A DNA stretch of 63,949 bases, counting the filler, from Platydemus manokwari (Eukaryota), in NCBI GenBank assembly GCA_037951405.1. It is 6 parts of 6 records of this genome, joined end to end, with 100 filler letters (N's around TTAATTAATTAA, not from the genome) between each part and the next. Parts side by side here need not be neighbours in the genome. Positions count along the whole stretch, not along the records: positions 1 to 9,278 come from JBBMOY011272762.1; positions 9,379 to 20,644 come from JBBMOY010806647.1; 4 more parts are not named here. One strand, 5' to 3'. Made by a program: the position numbers and the translations under genes. Below the pieces are notes generated by a model. It did not search any database. It saw nothing but the letters and a program-made list of their open reading frames with translations, and was not told the DNA's origin. Below are positions 1 to 12,600 of this stretch, piece after piece (position 1 is the first letter of the stretch; each line of letters starts with the position of its first letter).

Positions 1-227
1 CAAGTTAGTCGAATAAGATTTTATCATTAATTCTTTATAATTAATTTAATTATTTTAAATAATTTAATAAATTAATTTTTTATATTAATCGATATTTTAA
101 TCAATAATTAATTAATAATTGATTTTAAATTTATTAAATCAATTATTGAATGGATTATTATTTATTATTTGATATCATATTTGATTGATTGTTGACTTGA
201 ATCGCTTTATCAATAATTTGTTGCCAG

Positions 228-1255
228 GTGTCCGGATTGACACTTGATACCATGGATTTGCATTCTAAAACAGTGGATAACGTTTGTGATTCAGTTGATG
301 CCAACATCAAGGTAAGTCGCCATAACAACCGCAATCGATGATCACCTATATTGATATTGATATCTAATAATTAATATTATTCAGGCAATGTATGCTCTGA
401 TCGCCAAAAGTGAAGAGGTGTCCAAAGAGTTGTCCATCGCGTTATCAGTGAAAGATGAAGTGTGAGGTTTATTATCGATTTATATGTTGCTATGGTTACC
501 AATATTTGAATGATTGGAGCGTCCCGTACTGTCAGATTATTCTCATTAATCGATCGTCGCATTGATTTGTTAATATTTATCACAGGGAACATCAAAAATC
601 ATTATTATTATCGACAATATTTATTATAATTATAATATTGATTGATTATTTACAATCCATTTCAATACTGATGGCCTATCTGTAAAAATTAGCTTTATCG
701 TAACCCTGACAATATTGATTTTTAAATAATTTATCATCGAAATGAATCATTGAGAACTTGTGGTGAAATGCTATTTGATAAATTAGAGTGCCTATTATTA
801 CAGAAATGTTCCAACGGTAGGCATGCTGTTGTCAATGGTTTCGATTCCTCACGTTTTGTAAATTTAATATTTTACGTCGAATCCATGTTGTGATTGTCCA
901 GCAGTTTATATCGTGTGTATCACGCGACATAAATAGGGATTGTTAGCCGCTACTATTTTAAAAGCCACACATTAAAAACAAACTCAAAAGTCAAGACACC
1001 ACAAATCTATTTAAATCCAAATATTTAAACAAATAATTCTAATTTTATATTAATTTTATGTTTTATAAAATTAGAATTACATTTGAATAAAAATTATTTT
1101 GAATTAAATTGAAATTTAATTCATAATAAATATCTCACGGGGATAAATCCACATTTATCGATTTATTAATTATTTATTTTTTATTCAGCAATGAAATTAA
1201 GCGTCTCCTTGACCAATTGGAACCGGTGATTCTGAAAGATGTGAAAAAGAATTGA
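228..1255 (+). CDS. BORCS6: BLOC-1-related complex subunit 6 (lyspersin), last three coding exons; 5' part lies outside the window
   Basis: GT-AG exons 228-311, 385-461 and 1189-1255 splice in frame to VSGLTLDTMDLHSKTVDNVCDSVDANIK-AMYALIAKSEEVSKELSIALSVKDEV-NEIKRLLDQLEPVILKDVKKN*. This matches the BORCS6 C-terminal coiled coil (VDxxIKxMYxLxAKxEE...IKRLxDxLE). AATAAA at 1351. Not in the ORF track. Confidence 0.85.
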
Positions 1256-2151
1256 TTTGTTTGACATTGCATATATTTTTTTCCTATTCCTTAACAAGAA
1301 TTATTTTTTATCATTATTATTGATATTTTCCAATTAATCTATCGAAATCCAATAAAATCTCAAGTTGAAATGACGAGAAAATAATATATTGAATTATTAT
1401 GATTTACGGCCAACATAGAGATAATAATTCCTTGGACTGATAAAATTATTTCCACAAAGTTGTCAATTATCTCATTTCCAAATACATTTCTTGATGAAAT
1501 ACAAATTCAATAAATTATAGATTTTCTAAAATAAAAACAAGGATTTTCAATCAGAATATTTGACCAAAGTTTTTGTCGAACATAATTTGTAAATCATAAA
1601 TATCGTTGGAATATCTGCTAAATTACAAGAAAAATATTTATTTCTTGATTATTGATTTTCGTCTCAATTAATCAATACTGTATCTTAGAAACGCTTAATA
1701 AGTTTGGAAATAATATCACTTTTGAAATTTTGTTTCTGATTTATTTGAAGTTTCTTGAAACGTTTTGGTGTGGAAGACTTATTGATATCTGTTCAGTTAT
1801 TGAGCATTGTCGTTCATTTTTTTAAAATAAGAATTAAAATTCAATAAGCATTTTATTCTAATTATTTAATGTCACCATGACTTCTGGCCCATTCAGTATA
1901 ATAAATGGTAATTTATATTGATACGAATCGACTTCATGAATCCAGCAATATCTGATATTTGAAAATTAAAATTTGATCATTCATGAATGAAAATCGCAGT
2001 TATAAAATCAATTATTACAACATGAAACAATTTTTATCGTTTAAGAATTTGAATAATTCTTAGAATTGAAAAAATTTCTGTTCCAACATTATTTAATGAA
2101 ATAAATTTAGTGAGAATCAGAATTATTAGATTTCCCATGAAAATCTGTATT

Positions 2152-3690
2152 AGTTGGATGTTATCCTAGTAACTGGTAGTTTGATTTCTCTTGGGATTTC
2201 CGTGGTGTCTCCTTATAGAAAATATCATTAATTTAGAATGTTTCGAATAGGTTTCGATATTTTATAAGTACATAAATCTAATTACAGAGTAACATAAGTG
2301 CGAATTCAAATATGTCCATAAAATTATTGTGAAACATATCCTATTTCATCTGCCTATTAGTAGTCCAATAAACAATAACTGTTGATATTAATTAATATGA
2401 AGTCTGATAAAAGATTGATGGTAATGCGTATATTGGAATTAGTGGAGTTTATTAAAAGGTAATTATTAAATCAACAACGTGAGTCCAAATCAAATTTGGT
2501 CTTTATTCCAAGCTTCAGCATTATTCACTGTCAATCATATTTACCTCTCGATGTAGAACAATATCTTAAAAACTATTTATATGAGTGTATTTAATATTCA
2601 TTACGAACTTTGTTATAATATAAATAATAATCAATTTTAAAGTGCAACAGTTAGAATTTCTGCATACATTCTGCATCCAAAATGAAAGATATCTACATAT
2701 GTGATCATTAAAAAAATACCATAAACTATATATCATGTATCTTCTCTAGGTAATCATTAAACTTGGTTATTTGATTTGGAAATAGATTTTCGTTGAGATG
2801 CAATTACTAATCTACCAAATTTAGTATCGGTCTCTGTGCTCTTTGTCACTCAAACATTTACTGTTATGTAGCTTTGGATTATATTTTATTTCATTTACAA
2901 TGTCGATATTGTTGTTTCAGCTATCACTGTCGTCTTAATAAGTCTTAATGAGTTCTTATTAATGCTTCAGGTGTAATCAAATTTATTGTGTTTATTTTAC
3001 TACTCGCAGAACTTTATTGTTTGGATACAATAAGTGAGGCAACAACAGTGAAGTAATTTATATTCTATTTATCAGTGCTAATCAATCCAAACTCCCCACT
3101 TTTTATCTTTACCACCAAATGACTTTAACTGTTGTTGAAACTTCCAATTACTATTGACAAAAATTACTAATCATAAGTCATTATTAACGCTAGTTAAAAT
3201 ATAAAATTATTATTACTGCTGTGGAATCCAATCATAACCGTAGTATAGGACATACGTTTTTGTCAGGCATTAAATGAAAATAAAATTATAAAAATTCAAA
3301 CTTACATTACAAAATTATACATTTATTACAGAGCAGGATCAAGCTAAACGATCTCAAAAGGTTTCAGTAAAGTCGTTAAAAAATAGATATATCGGAATAT
3401 TAACAAGGTGTGTGGTTGAGCTTTCGTTAAAAGAAATAAACACAATTAAAGGGGCCATATTATAAAATCTATAGTAATATAAAAATCATATATCAACGCA
3501 AAGAAGGCTCGGTATTTGAGCCTTCTCTTGTTGAAAAATCTTCCTTAATCTGTGCGTTTTGAAAAATCTGGAATATTGTTTGTTTGTCTAAATAAGTTTG
3601 AAGGGATTTTATCATATTTGGATGTTATCCTAGTATCTGGTAGTTTCTTTCGTAAATGATTTCTCTTGGGATTGCAAACGTTGATATTTG
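2152..3690 (-). mobile_element. Two degenerate fragments (about 2152-2220 and 3500-3690) of a probable Gypsy integrase C-terminal region
   Basis: TTGGATGTTATCCTAGTA.CTGGTAGTTT...GATTTCTCTTGGGATT occurs at about 2153 and 3618. The minus strand reads PREIIYE, like the SPxEIIxG motif that follows the integrase core. Confidence 0.4.
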
Positions 3691-5999
3691 TAAATTTGTT
3701 ATTATAAAAGAATAAATCTTATTGTTATCACAGCTGTGTTTATTTAGTGTTTTATTTGATTATAATTATAACAGCACGCACCTACCGGATTGACGTTGCG
3801 CTTCAACCAATAGTACCGAACTCACATGTATACAAACAGACATATTTAAAAGTCTCTATAAACCGAACACATTGAATTTAAGGTATTTAAAAGAAATATA
3901 AAATCAAATTTAAAAAATTTCTACAAAAAAATAAGATAAATAAAATTTAAAATTTTTACACATAAAATTTATTTAAAAAAAATAAAACAAAATTTTTTTG
4001 CTTATGTGACGTCATGGTTACTGAAATGAAAACCAAGGTTAAATAGAAAAAAATATTTCAAAAATCTATTTTTAGTGACTGTGTCAATGCTAAATCTAAT
4101 GTAAGTCAATTAAGCAACTCAAACAGCTAAAACAGTAGAATATTGCTAAATTTAGATATGACGTCTTAAGAGTTACTAAAAATAGTAACAAATAGATACG
4201 AAAAATGTGTACAGCAATATTACGCATATTATCTACAAACTCAGTATATAAGCTCAAACAAATGCAGTTAGCTTTGAATTTATTTCACGTGCTCAAAACA
4301 TTGAATTAGTTCTTATTATTACGAAGCATTATCGATTACTGTTATTATGAAGGAAGTTATCAACGACTATTTTGAAATTTACATTACGAAACTACCCGAC
4401 GAACATTATGATGAGTAATGTTGTTTTAATATTATGCACCCACAGCTGTTTCGATAGCTGTTCGTTTGAAATAAAGTCACCGAGGTCACTTTTTTATCTC
4501 CCACTTTCTTTTTTGATCACAGGGATTGGAGACACATGAATTTTATCCTGTTTGTCCACTATAGCATTTCCAATTCTTGAGTGTTATGAAATTCGATTTA
4601 CTCAATAAAGTTTATTTGATCGTATCACTTTAATGGATTATTTATTATTATTAATATTTGTCAGGATAGTTAACAATCGCTCTGACTATTTATATTTAAA
4701 TTATTTTTCTTAATATAGAGAGTTCGAACACTTCCTACGTACCTGAGAAGATCAGATTCTGTTGGGAATAAAATAGCATCCTTATTTCGTAATTTTAATT
4801 CGATTTTATCGAACTCTATGGAACCCAAACACTGCTATTGTCTACATAATTTCTGTACGAAAAAATCAAAGCACCAAATTATATTACTGTTAAATTGTTA
4901 GGATTTCGAACAAAATAATTATATAAAACTAAACTTAGCACTGCGTAGCATACCCATTTTTATGATTGTAGGCCGTTATTATTTTATAAAAAAGGCATTT
5001 GAAAACAAGTGAAAAGTCACGACACCAAATTATATTTTCATTATAATTATACAAACAAAGTAATACTTTGGAAACATTTGACTCTAAAATTTTTCAAATT
5101 TTTGTTGGGAAGACAACCCAACTGAAATCTAAATCTTAAATAAAAAGTGCCTTGACTATATTGAAGCAGTCAACAATCTCAACCAATTCAAAATCCCAAT
5201 AAATGCAATCAACCCAAAAAACCAATCATCCCAATCGATAATTTTAATTACTGTACAGGGGAAATTTTAATTTTTGATTATCTGATTCAAGAAAAGACAG
5301 TGCTTTGATAACGATCTGATTTTTGATGCTTGTCATCCTTGTTCTATTTTTATGAAATTTTGATTTTTTAATGACAGTTAATATCTTATTCGATTATATA
5401 TTGTAACCAATCAATTAATTGGTGCTTATTGTAATATTATTTTCAATTGTGTCTGTGCAAGGGAATAGAAGAAATAAAGTTGATAAAGATATAGATTAAA
5501 ATAAATAAACACTAAGAATAAATAATTAATAAAAATAAGCTAATAAATATAATTAAAAAAAGTACAAGGAAAGAATGTAAAGAATGCATTTAATTAAGAT
5601 GGTCACCAACGAAGTTGGTCAATATAAACAGTAGATCAAAAAGTTTCTCGATACCACTATAAAAAACTCTACTAAAAACCACTACAACAAAACGAATATT
5701 TTGAACACTTATTTAGTGAGATATAATCGAAGCTCTTATTTATCTTCATCAGATTATTGACCAAATGCAAGCTGCACTATTGTTCAATCAATAATCTGTG
5801 AACGCCAACATATTTCAGAAAACTGAAGTACTTTTTGATAATGTCTTTTTCTGTGGAATTTTTGAGAAATGATTTATTTTCACATTAATTTGAGCGAAGT
5901 AAGGTCACTATAATAGATTTTTTAAATCATATGATTCAGTAATTCATCACCAGTTTAAAAATTTTAAACTTTTATTGTCAACTTATTTCTTCTAGAGTG

Positions 6000-6595
6000 T
6001 GCTTTCAGATTACCAATGATCCACTGTGGTACCAGAGGTTTATTCGCAGAAACTTACGAGATACCTTCATGAGGAGTTGTGCCATATTTGTAATAAAAGA
6101 AGCATCGAAATGAAGTACGGAATTGTGATATTTGTGCTAAACGGTAGGTGTACACTGGACGGACTAAAGAGATTATGATTCTCAGGGAGGAGTTTGAGCC
6201 TTTGGAACAGATCGTTTTAAATGTTGCGCACTTTGGGGAATTTATTACTAAAACCAGATATTTGTTGGTTATAGTAGATAGATTCAGTAAGTTAGTAAAC
6301 TTGGTGCCACTTATTCAACAAGATGAAACAAGTATTTCGAAGGCTATTACCACAAAGTTAAAGAAATTCGATGCTGAAAAAGAGGTTGTAGAATTTTCAC
6401 AGTTGGAGAAGAGATTTTATTGAAGAAAGAACCACATAATATAAAGAAGGACGGAGCTCGTTACGAAGGTCCTCAAAGAATTTTGAAATTTTTAAGTCCA
6501 CATCAAGTTCTTCTTGATTTCCATGGACAGCCAGAACCTCGAGGAATTGAATGGCTAAAAAGGATCTCAAAAACAACGGGAGAGGGAAGTTAGAT
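6000..6595 (+). mobile_element. Ty3/Gypsy LTR retrotransposon integrase remnant with polypurine tract
   Basis: HEELCH..CDICAK zinc finger, LEQIVLN..RYLLVIVDRFSKLVNLVPL (ORF 6148-6423), RYEGP C-terminal motif and purine tract GGGAGAGGGAAG at about 6578. Interrupted by frameshifts and deletions. Confidence 0.8.
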
Positions 6596-8589
6596 AAAAA
6601 ATGAGATTTGTTTTAATATTAAAAACAAACGGTGTAATTTTGAAATATAATAAAATATTGATGGACACGAATTATCTTTTTACTAGAACCATTGTCAATT
6701 TTATTAGAAAAAATTTAAATTTAATTCATTTCAAATATTTAGAATAAATTAAAAATATCAGTGGTAATGCAGATACATCATTAATTTGAAAATGAAAACC
6801 GACGATCTATACGTGACTTCATGCCGGTTAAGTTTTTATATCAACGGACATATCTTGCCTTGACTCTTTACATGTTTAATTTGTTTATTCCCATGTATGA
6901 TGCCAAACATGATCAAGAATATAATATTGTATTTCACTGATGATCAATAACTTCGAGAACACATTTTAAAATGGCCAGGTGAATAGTTTGACGAAGCGTT
7001 GAATTATTTTCAATAAAATATTCTTTATTAAAAATAATATTCCGATAGAATTTGTCTGGATTTAAAGATTAAAAAAATCATTTTATATCTCGGAAAATTT
7101 TAAAAAAAATATCGGTTCGTTTAAAAAAATATTTTGAAAGCGCATTTTAAATAGATAACATGCCGCTACTTTTTCAATCAAAAGCATTGCGGAAAAATGT
7201 GGAAATTATTTTCGATTTGTATTACAAAGGGCCACTTAGACATTTTTCGGTGAAAAACGATAGAATTTTTATATTTATTCATCAAATTTTCAATTTAAGT
7301 TCTTTTAGAGGAAAATTTAAAAAAGGAATCCGGATTACTCTTTATACGTCTTAATTTCTACTCATTTATATGCTTATAACGAGTGTTGATGTTCTTTGTA
7401 TGTCTATTCAGTAATCGCCTGGACTTAATGGATTAAGAAATGATCGAGTGACTTGCATCGAGGACATCATTCGGTTTTAACGTAATTATTTATTTTCTTT
7501 CATTCATTAGGTAAGAACCGATTATCTGGAGAGACATATACAAGCCAAATGTAAGAAAGACGAGAGTGAGAATCAAGTAAAAGCTTTTTTTGTTAAATTT
7601 TTATACCACTACTTCATTTCTCCTATTTTTGGTCTTTAAAATTCAGATATTTGATGGTTCTTTAGGATAGTTCATTAGGATTTACACTGACTAATGAGTC
7701 TCAAACCCCTTAGTATATCAATCAAGATTTGTAAAAGAATAAATAAGTTTGCAATTACTTGGCTTCTGAATCGAATGAACCATCGGTAAAGATCTGCTTT
7801 ATGCAAAAACAATTCTTATTTTTCGATACAAATTGATTATTATATAATCTGAGAATTTACTGATTCGATTCGTGCAATGATATATCACAAAATAACAGAA
7901 TAAAATATTCCTTATAATACGTGCATTGATACGACAATTAACTTTTAGAATAGCAAAGAAATTCTTCAAATGACTGGTCGAAGAAACAGTAAAACTTGTT
8001 TTAACCTGAGCGCATTTTATTAACTGATTTTTTACTTTGGTCGGACTGATTGTTAGAGGATATAAAATTATTATATCACGTGAACTGTAACAATTTATTT
8101 TTGAAAGTTAAACTAATCTAACCTACTTAAGTAAATATAACAAAATATAGTGAGATAGATGGACGGATATAGAGTCAGTGTATGAGATTGATTTTGCCTC
8201 AATATTGAAGGAGACTTGTAAATCGTAATCTGTTCAGAAAATTATATCGCATCTGACCTTTTTTCATCTAAACCAATTGTTTTTCATTAGGAAGGTAAAT
8301 AGGCACTATCTCCAAGTAATATTTATCATTAATTATCATTGCATCACCTTCTAGTTGTTGTGGTGAAATGAAAGGGGCGAAAAGTGATTACCAAGTTATT
8401 TTTCTTGACACTGATAGGAACATTAGATATAGAGCTCCTATGCCATTCTCACAAACTTCATATTATATGTAGAATACTGTTGGGATACACCTGAATAATT
8501 AACTAATTGCTGACTATAAAATTCAGAAGACCAAAACTTTATTTCAACTGCATACTACTCAGTACGACTTATAAAATAAATACATTCAG

Positions 8590-8960
8590 CATAGTTCTCA
8601 AAATATAACCAAAACCTGACTTCCAACTATCAGTTGGCCACATATACATAGATATTTATATTCGAGATCTGGGTGTAATTTTTTATGTCATATTGTATCA
8701 CATTTTGATTTGATCTTTGTTTTTCTGTGTTCCTATTGCGATTTTAGGTTTCGTATGTGTGGGATTGGTCAATCCCTATGTATATGTTATAATGTGCCTA
8801 TGTCTCTTTTTCCAGTTGTTGTTTCCCATCTAACTCCACTGTGTTTGGCTGGTTGCTATGCCTGCATGGTGTTGTAGGCATGCTAATGTTTAAAATATTT
8901 AAACAAGGGTTTTAAGGTGCAAAAATCGTCTTTCGTTTGCGAAATTTCGTCTCCCTCAAC
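8590..8960 (-). mobile_element. Gypsy integrase 3' remnant, dispersed family copy 1 (others at about 44650-44870 and 61960-62340)
   Basis: Direct sequence similarity among the three copies (ACTTCCAACTATCAGTTGGCCA...TTGTATCACATTTTGATTTGATC). The minus strand of the family reads like QLPVGSQVLV of the GPY/F-type integrase tail. Confidence 0.55.
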
Positions 8961-9208
8961 AGTACGAAGTGAACTAACCTTTATAATAATAGGAATAATT
9001 TACCTGGGTCTTAATTAGAACTCCTAGATATATAATCCATAAGAGAAAAAACACACGCATAAATAGTAAACACAGAATTAATGATAATCAAAATATAAAA
9101 ATTAATTAAAGCAAATGTGGGCGTAGAAATTACCAGATTAAAATTTTAAATCAACAATGACCAATTTGGAGAAAATCAGTTTCCATGGTAATTTCAACAA
9201 AGATAATA

Positions 9209-9278
9209 TTGGGTCTATAACTTAATAACCGGAATTTGACACCAGATGTAAACACTTGTGTGTGTGCTGTAGCAAATC
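9209..9278 (+). mobile_element. Mariner/Tc1-like terminal sequence, truncated by a contig end
   Basis: TA|TTGGGTCTATAACTTAATAACCGGAATTTGACA...; 69 of 70 nt identical to 42457-42526. Similarity starts exactly at a TA dinucleotide in different flanks. Confidence 0.7.
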
Positions 9279-9378
9279 NNNNNNNNNNNNNNNNNNNNNN
9301 NNNNNNNNNNNNNNNNNNNNNNTTAATTAATTAANNNNNNNNNNNNNNNNNNNNNNNNNNNNNNNNNNNNNNNNNNNN
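9279..9378. other. Artificial 100-nt assembly spacer (N44-TTAATTAATTAA-N44)
   Basis: Six-frame-stop linker inside an N run; identical at all five gaps. Confidence 0.97.
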
Positions 9379-9613
9379 TAATAATAATAGTAACAGTAAT
9401 ACTAATTATAATAATAATAATGATAAGTACAATAAAAATAATAACAATACATTTGTCTTGTTTACTAATTCGAGGTAAGTAATTTCCATATTAATAAATG
9501 TTTTCGCTTAGATGTATGATTTATCTTTAATAATGTCCGTTTAATAAAGAGAACATAATGAAAATCATGAATATTTACCATAAATATTTCAATCAAAATG
9601 TTAAAACTAATAC

Positions 9614-12600
9614 GTTATCAATACACTGCATAGAACAAGTCATATAAAATCGTCCAGAATTACTATTTTCGCCTGCTTTCGTCTTCTCTAAAGTCAGATT
9701 TAAATTATTAAAAAATATCCATTTGTTTATAATAATCTTTCTTTCAATCTTATTTGATCGTCTTATTCCCAGATTTGTAAATCAGTATAAATAATTATTT
9801 TATTTATTAATAAGTTTATCGACAAACGATTACCATTTTTCGTGAAATCCATGTGGAAACATTTTTTCAAAAAGTTGAAATTGATGATATCAGATGATTT
9901 TGTTGTCTGCTGCTCAGTTTTCTTCGATTTCTGAATTCATAAATTAACGTTGAAAGAAGACAAGGACGAAAGAAAATAATAGAAAACCTTCCAATAATGA
10001 ATCATAGCATCAGTATCGCTTTCGCTAATCTTTGTGACCTCAAGTTCATCCAGACAATCGATCGAACTCGAACTGTTTATATCAGATGAAGGCGTTTTGG
10101 AAGATGTTTGCTCACTAATGATTTTCATTTTCATACCGAATTCGTCGTCGGATTTCAACGTGCTATATGATTTTTCCAGTTCCATCATTTTGAAATTCTT
10201 GAAATGTGGTGAATGAAGACTTTGGTAATTGATGAGATTGATGTTTGGATCAGATTTATTACTGCTAGGTGACATTTCCCGTCGTGGAGTACTCGATCCG
10301 GAACTGAGACTGCTCTGAAGAACCGTGCTTTCAGCATCAATGAAGTTCTCTCTCGTACTACTGCAACTATTCAATGCGACCTCTTTATCTGAAAATTCCG
10401 ATGAAGAACACGGAAGTAGAACAACAATATCGCAATTATCTCGAAGATAAATGGCTGCATTATGCAAAGTCTGTTGTACAATACATGTCGTAATTTGGTA
10501 GAGTCGTACATCAGTGTTAATAACCCTCTGTAATGAATTGTATGTACTTCCTATAGCCGCATCTTCGGCCAGAGTGAATGGTTCATATTCTAATGATTGG
10601 CTAGTTGATAGCTTGAATACAGCATGGTTTAATTTAAAAATACAATTAAATCCGTACCTCTTCAATTGTCTCTTTCGAATAACTTCGGTACATATAACTT
10701 GATGGAAACATCGGTTTTGCGATGCCAAGTAACACTTGACCTTTAGGTAGTGATTGAAGAACTTCGATAACTTCGAGTTTTGTAGAAAGACTGTCAACCT
10801 CTACTTCATTGATGAAAATCAATCGATCACCAGGAATAATTCGACCATCTAAGTGAGCAACACCGTTTGGAACTAAACTGGATATCACAATCACAGGAAC
10901 ATTGGAACTTGAATCCTAATGATGAATTCATAATCACAATTGTAGTAATTTAATAAAATTATACCTGATAATAATCAATACTGAATCCCAATCCTTGATA
11001 TTCTTTAGTTAGTTCAACGAGTATTGGACCAGACCACATAGCAACATCTCTCAAATACTGAAGTGATCTGTTAGTTGTGAATGACTTGATCGGTAGTAAA
11101 TTGGATAGTGAGTTTGATTTTACAAATATTGAGTTATCGGATTTTGCTTTAGTCATTATGGGATATCGATAAGAATCTTCATAGATTATTTTATTATCGG
11201 TCTTTGGATGATATTTAGCTACAGTATCTGTGTGACACAAAAAACTTCCACTTCTAAAACCAATGTGATGATTATAAAGCTCTTGCATCTGATCCAGAGA
11301 ATGATAGTCAACATCAATGCTGATGTTATCATTATCATTGTCATCATAATATTCGTCGTCGTCCTCATCATCATCTATATAATCATCATAAAGCATTGTA
11401 GACGATGACCGAGACAATTGGCTGACATCCACTTCTTTCCTACGAGCTACGACTATTTGAACTCGGTTTGGAAGAGATTTCAGACTTGCGAGTACTTCTT
11501 GATAAGGTACGCCGTGTAACTTTTTGCCATTAGCCTACAATTTATTTGTTTAAACTCTTTGAATTTCTTTTCAAAAGAAGGACCTCCAACAATTCATCGC
11601 CAGGTCTAAATGTTCCATCCAGTCCAATGGGTCCATCGATCATAATGGTTCTGATATAGTGATGTGGCTTATCTTCTAAACCAGTGACGTCATCAACGTC
11701 TACTGTTCCTTCTAAACTAATTCCAAGACCTTCGTTTGTTTTGTTTATGTAAGATATCTGGGAATAAATAATAATTTTTAAATATTTTACTCAAATATCG
11801 TTAAATTAGAGAAACTATTTCATTGACATTGACAACACAAACCTACAGAAATTCATCAGCCTATTTATTTATTCGTTGTTTTACTGTGGGTTGGTGTCCC
11901 TGGTTAAAATTGCTATTACATACTCTACTGCAGATAAACCACATTATTTATCAGTCAACTCAAAACAAATTTTAACGTGATGAGCTAAATTAATATTTAT
12001 CAAGTCAGATTTTATTCAATTTAATAATTCTATCCAATCACAGTCAGATTTCGTATAAGAAAATTAATCGATTCAACTTTTTAGTAATTGGACGTCAATT
12101 CATGGTCTTACACTGATAGACGGAATCCGAAATGTTGGTGATCTTCAAATTGGATAGATTGAATAAAAATGAACACAAAATTCAGTTTGGTATTATTATA
12201 ATTAACAAAGGAGTTTTAATTTTTATCTGACTAAAATGATCAGTTTCAAATCTCACCAATATATCATAGTTGATGCCAATTATTTTATTCCAAGTCGATT
12301 TTATCGTGTCCTCGATTGACTTGTCAATGGATGCATCTATAAGACAGAAACGATGGTAATGATTACAACAATTTAAACAAGAAACTTTACATTTCAAATT
12401 CATTTTCTGCACATTGAAGCCACTGTTAGGCAAAATGTTCGCTATTAGCACATCGGTCTTCGTTGTATTTTCCAAAGACACTTTTTGAGTTTCTTGAAAA
12501 TCCAGAATCGAATTTTCAGCCTCATCTTCACTTGATGAGTTAACTAATTGAGCTGAAGGAGGGACTACGCAGAAATCAATATTTTCCGGACAATTATTAA

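Noticed and set aside
377-595. Minus-strand 72-aa ORF
   Set aside because: Antisense shadow of a BORCS6 exon and its introns.
3498-3530. Hairpin AAGAAGGCTC-GGTATTT-GAGCCTTCT as a terminator or Helitron end
   Set aside because: Eukaryotic DNA, no adjacent CTRR terminus, and it lies in probable retroelement debris.
10034-11408. Plus-strand ORFs 10034-10216, 10514-10702 and 11208-11408
   Set aside because: Antisense shadows of PATJ exons.
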